Positions 61,590 through 64,000 of a stretch of 64,000 nucleotides of DNA are shown in pieces. The notes below the pieces were generated by a model, which saw nothing but the letters and a program-made list of their open reading frames with translations, had not been told where the DNA came from and ran no database searches. Source of the stretch: Amoebophrya sp. A120 (taxonomy: Eukaryota > Protista > Dinoflagellata); assembly GCA_905178155.1 (NCBI GenBank), contig CAJINV010000002.1, positions 7,594,743 to 7,658,742 of the forward strand, read 5' to 3'. A program made the translations under genes and the position numbers. Numbering within the stretch: the stretch's first letter is position 1; each line of letters starts with the position of its first letter.

Positions 61590-62310
61590 GTGGTTCTTGA
61601 GATTTGAAAAGATGCCCTTTCAGCATTTTTTCAAATCTGAAGCGCGTGGCCTTTGGCCTGCAAAATTTGAAAAGATGCTGAAGGAGCATCTTTTCCATAA
61701 CGAAGCCACAAGAGACCCGAGCAGTTTACTCTTCTGTGGTTTCCAGGATTTGAAAAGATGCTGAAGGAACATCTTTTCGAATTTCAAAAGGCGCAAAACA
61801 GGAGGGTCGCCTGCTCTTCTGTGCTTTTCAAACTTTGAAAAGATGCTGAAGGAGCATCTTTTCAATTTTTGAAGCCGCAGAAGACGGGGTCGGCTTACGC
61901 GTCTGTGGTTTTCAAAATTTGCAAAGATGCTAAAGGAGCATCTTTTCAATCTTCGAAGCCGCAGAAGAGCCGATCCGTTTTCTGTCCTGAGGTTGCCAAG
62001 ATTCGAAAAGATGCTGAAGGAGCATCTTTTCAAATTTTACATGCCGCAGACGAGGAGAGCAGCTGGCTGTGCTGTGGTTTTCAGGATTTGAAAAGATGCA
62101 GAAGGACCATCTTTTCAAATTTGAGAAACCACGCAAAGGGAGGTCAGCTCAGTCTTCTGTGGCTTCCAAAATTTGAAAAGATACTACCAGCGCATCTTTT
62201 CAAATTTCGACAGCCGCGGAAAGGGTGAGCAGCCTACTCTTCTGCGTGGCTTTCAAAATTCGCAAACTTGCTGAGGGGGCATCTTCGCAATCTTCGGAGC
62301 CACAAAAGAG
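61590..62310. repeat. Hairpin array 1: ~9 palindromes tttgaaaagatgc-N7-gcatcttttcaaa at ~85-bp period
   Basis: Cores start near 61603, 61666, 61749, 61834, 61918, 62002, 62087, 62172 and 62258. Confidence 0.9.
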
Positions 62311-62522
62311 GCAAGCAAACAAATGTCGCCAGAGGCACGGCTTTGCTTACCATCTGGCGACCCGCCAGCTGGAGCGCAAGCCAAAGCCTTGGACTTTCGT
62401 CACCAATTCTCTGTCTAGGCGCACCAAAGAGGTTCCCAAACAGGTTCATCAAAATCCACCATACCATGCGGATTAGGTTAAGTTAATAGCCTCTTGGGAG
62501 ACCTCATCAAAGGGGTTGTCAA

Positions 62523-63065
62523 AAAGGTTGTCAAATTTTGAAAAGATGCTGAAGGAAACATCTTTTCAAAATTTGACAACCTCAACAAAGCAAGTGCTTG
62601 CGTTTTTGAGGTTGTCAAATTTTGAAAAGATGTCTCCTTCAGCATCTTTTCAAAATTTGGAGAGTGAGCAGCCACCTATCAATCAAAATTTGAAAAGATG
62701 CAGAAAGAGCATCTTTTCAAAATTTGGTATTTGCGCTGTTCGGGTTGTCAAATTTTGAAAAGATGTCTCCTTCAACATCTTTTCAAAATTTGGAAAGTGA
62801 GCAGCCACTTATCAAAATTTGAAAAGATGCAGAAAGAGCATCTTTTCAAAATTTGATATTTGCGTTGTTCGGGTTGTCAAATTTTGAAAAGATGCTTCCT
62901 TCAGCATCTTTTCAAAATTTGGAGAGTGAGCAGCCACCTAGCAAAATTTGAAAAGATGCAGAGAGAGCATCTTTTCACAATTTGGTACTTGGGCTGTTCG
63001 GGTTGTCAAATTTTGAAAAGATGTTTCCTTAGGCATCTTTTCAAAATTTGGAGAGTGAGCAGCCA
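62523..63065. repeat. Hairpin array 2: 8 palindromes of the same core, mostly as ~128-bp dimeric units
   Basis: Cores start near 62537, 62621, 62689, 62755, 62818, 62883, 62947 and 63012; two alternating spacer types. Confidence 0.92.
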
Positions 63066-63357
63066 GGTATGACAAGAACGAGGAGCGAGATCAGGAGGAG
63101 AACCTACTGTGCAAACGAGGATCCAAATGTTACACAAGACAGCAGGAATCGGATTCTGATCAGAATCAGTATCAGATCGGCTTCACATACAAGCCACGGC
63201 GTTGTCTGTGCACAGCTGCAACAGGTGATGCCCTCACCACCTGAGACATCACCTCTCTGGTGTCTGATGTCACAAATAGTCCTGTTCCTGTAAGTATGTT
63301 GTTTCTTACAAGAGTCCGCGCTGGCTTTGGTTCATTCTTGCTCCTTCAAATGATCAT

Positions 63358-64000
63358 TCACGGCGAGCTGTCCCACCTGCAGCAGTTGTTTCGATTTGCG
63401 TCCCACGATCGCATGTTCAGACACGCCACGCTGTCTGTGAAGGTCGGACACTTTCCGGCTGGGTCGCGAAAGCTCGAACACTTGTGATCGTCCTTGCAGG
63501 TCAGCGGGCGGTCGGGCGTGGGGTGGATGGTGGGTGGTGCGGCTTGTGTGGTCGCAGTGGGTGCAGCTGGTTGCTGTGGTGGGGGAGGAGGTACAGCTGG
63601 AGGAACAGCTTCGGGCGCTGGTTGGCCTCCGGCCGGAGGCGTCGTTGTAGCAGCGACAGAGGCCTGCGGCGGCTGTGCAATCTGAGGAGCGCCGGGGGGC
63701 GCTGCTGGTGTTTGTTGGGCGACGGGCGGGGGTGCTCCAACAGCTGGTGATGAAACCGCGGGTGCTGGTTGCGCTTGCGTTGCCGCATTACTAGCATCAT
63801 CTGGTCCCGCAGCGCCGGGAGGTAGTGCAGGCAACAGTGGTGGAACCACTCCACTTGATGGCGCGCCTGCGTTTGCAGAGCCGTGATCATCGGCTGAGGT
63901 TCCAGCTGTTCCCACAATGCCGTCCTTGGCGGCGGTGGCTGCCGCACCGAGTACCGCGCCGATGTCTTGCAGCACGCTACCGGCTGATTGCTGTGGTGGT
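63358..64000 (-). CDS. Partial Pro/Ala-rich protein with small Cys-rich module; 5' end outside the window
   Basis: Open frame from the window end; CKDDHKC...CPTFTDSVAC...NCC. It may splice onward to Cys-rich exon-like segments at ~59500-60230. Confidence 0.6.
   Translation of the reverse strand, partial: PPQQSAGSVLQDIGAVLGAAATAAKDGIVGTAGTSADDHGSANAGAPSSGVVPPLLPALPPGAAGPDDASNAATQAQPAPAVSSPAVGAPPPVAQQTPAAPPGAPQIAQPPQASVAATTTPPAGGQPAPEAVPPAVPPPPPQQPAAPTATTQAAPPTIHPTPDRPLTCKDDHKCSSFRDPAGKCPTFTDSVACLNMRSWDANRNNCCRWDSSP

Larger units (their letters stand above)
60796..63111. mobile_element. Putative 2.2-kb insertion (60839-63068) bounded by a perfect 43-bp direct repeat
   Basis: atgacaagaacgaggagcgagatcaggaggagaacctactgtg occurs at 60796-60838 and 63069-63111. 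Confidence 0.75.

Noticed and set aside
60784-62758. Transposase, reverse transcriptase or Rep gene in the 2.2-kb insert
   Set aside because: Only short ORFs without catalytic motifs. No autonomous element was recognised anywhere in the window.
61590-63065. CRISPR array
   Set aside because: Eukaryotic context and no cas genes. Repeats are degenerate, spacers are partly palindromic extensions in array 1 and recur in array 2.
1-64000. Dinoflagellate spliced-leader relic, tRNA or rRNA genes
   Set aside because: None recognised by eye; a covariance search was not possible.

Overview
Eukaryotic, gene-dense 64-kb window. Every credible gene (about 14) lies on the minus strand. Many coding regions are interrupted by short (109-308 bp) elements with terminal inverted repeats (TIRs), TAT...ATA-type ends and 5-bp target-site duplications (TSDs). 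Removing element plus one TSD copy restores the reading frame, so these behave as introners (transposon-derived, mostly non-canonical introns). This architecture best fits a parasitic syndinian dinoflagellate such as Amoebophrya; that assignment is inference. Genes: a large thrombospondin type-1 (TSP1) repeat protein, a TPR protein, two long low-complexity proteins, two possible EF-hand-like proteins, a bacterial-like GT2 glycosyltransferase, an AlaX tRNA-editing protein, a Tul1-like membrane RING-H2 E3 ligase, a trypsin-like/ankyrin protein, a multi-pass membrane protein and a RAP-like protein. Main observations: (1) about 20 introners from several families share ends, TSD length and an internal GCATNACA motif. 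(2) Six of them appear converted into in-frame canonical GT-AG introns with a one-codon gain or loss, and all six have diverged TSDs. (3) A 2.2-kb non-coding insert bounded by a perfect 43-bp direct repeat carries about 17 regularly spaced hairpins. (4) A three-part satellite sits inside a predicted intron. Exon structures were read by eye and lack transcript support.
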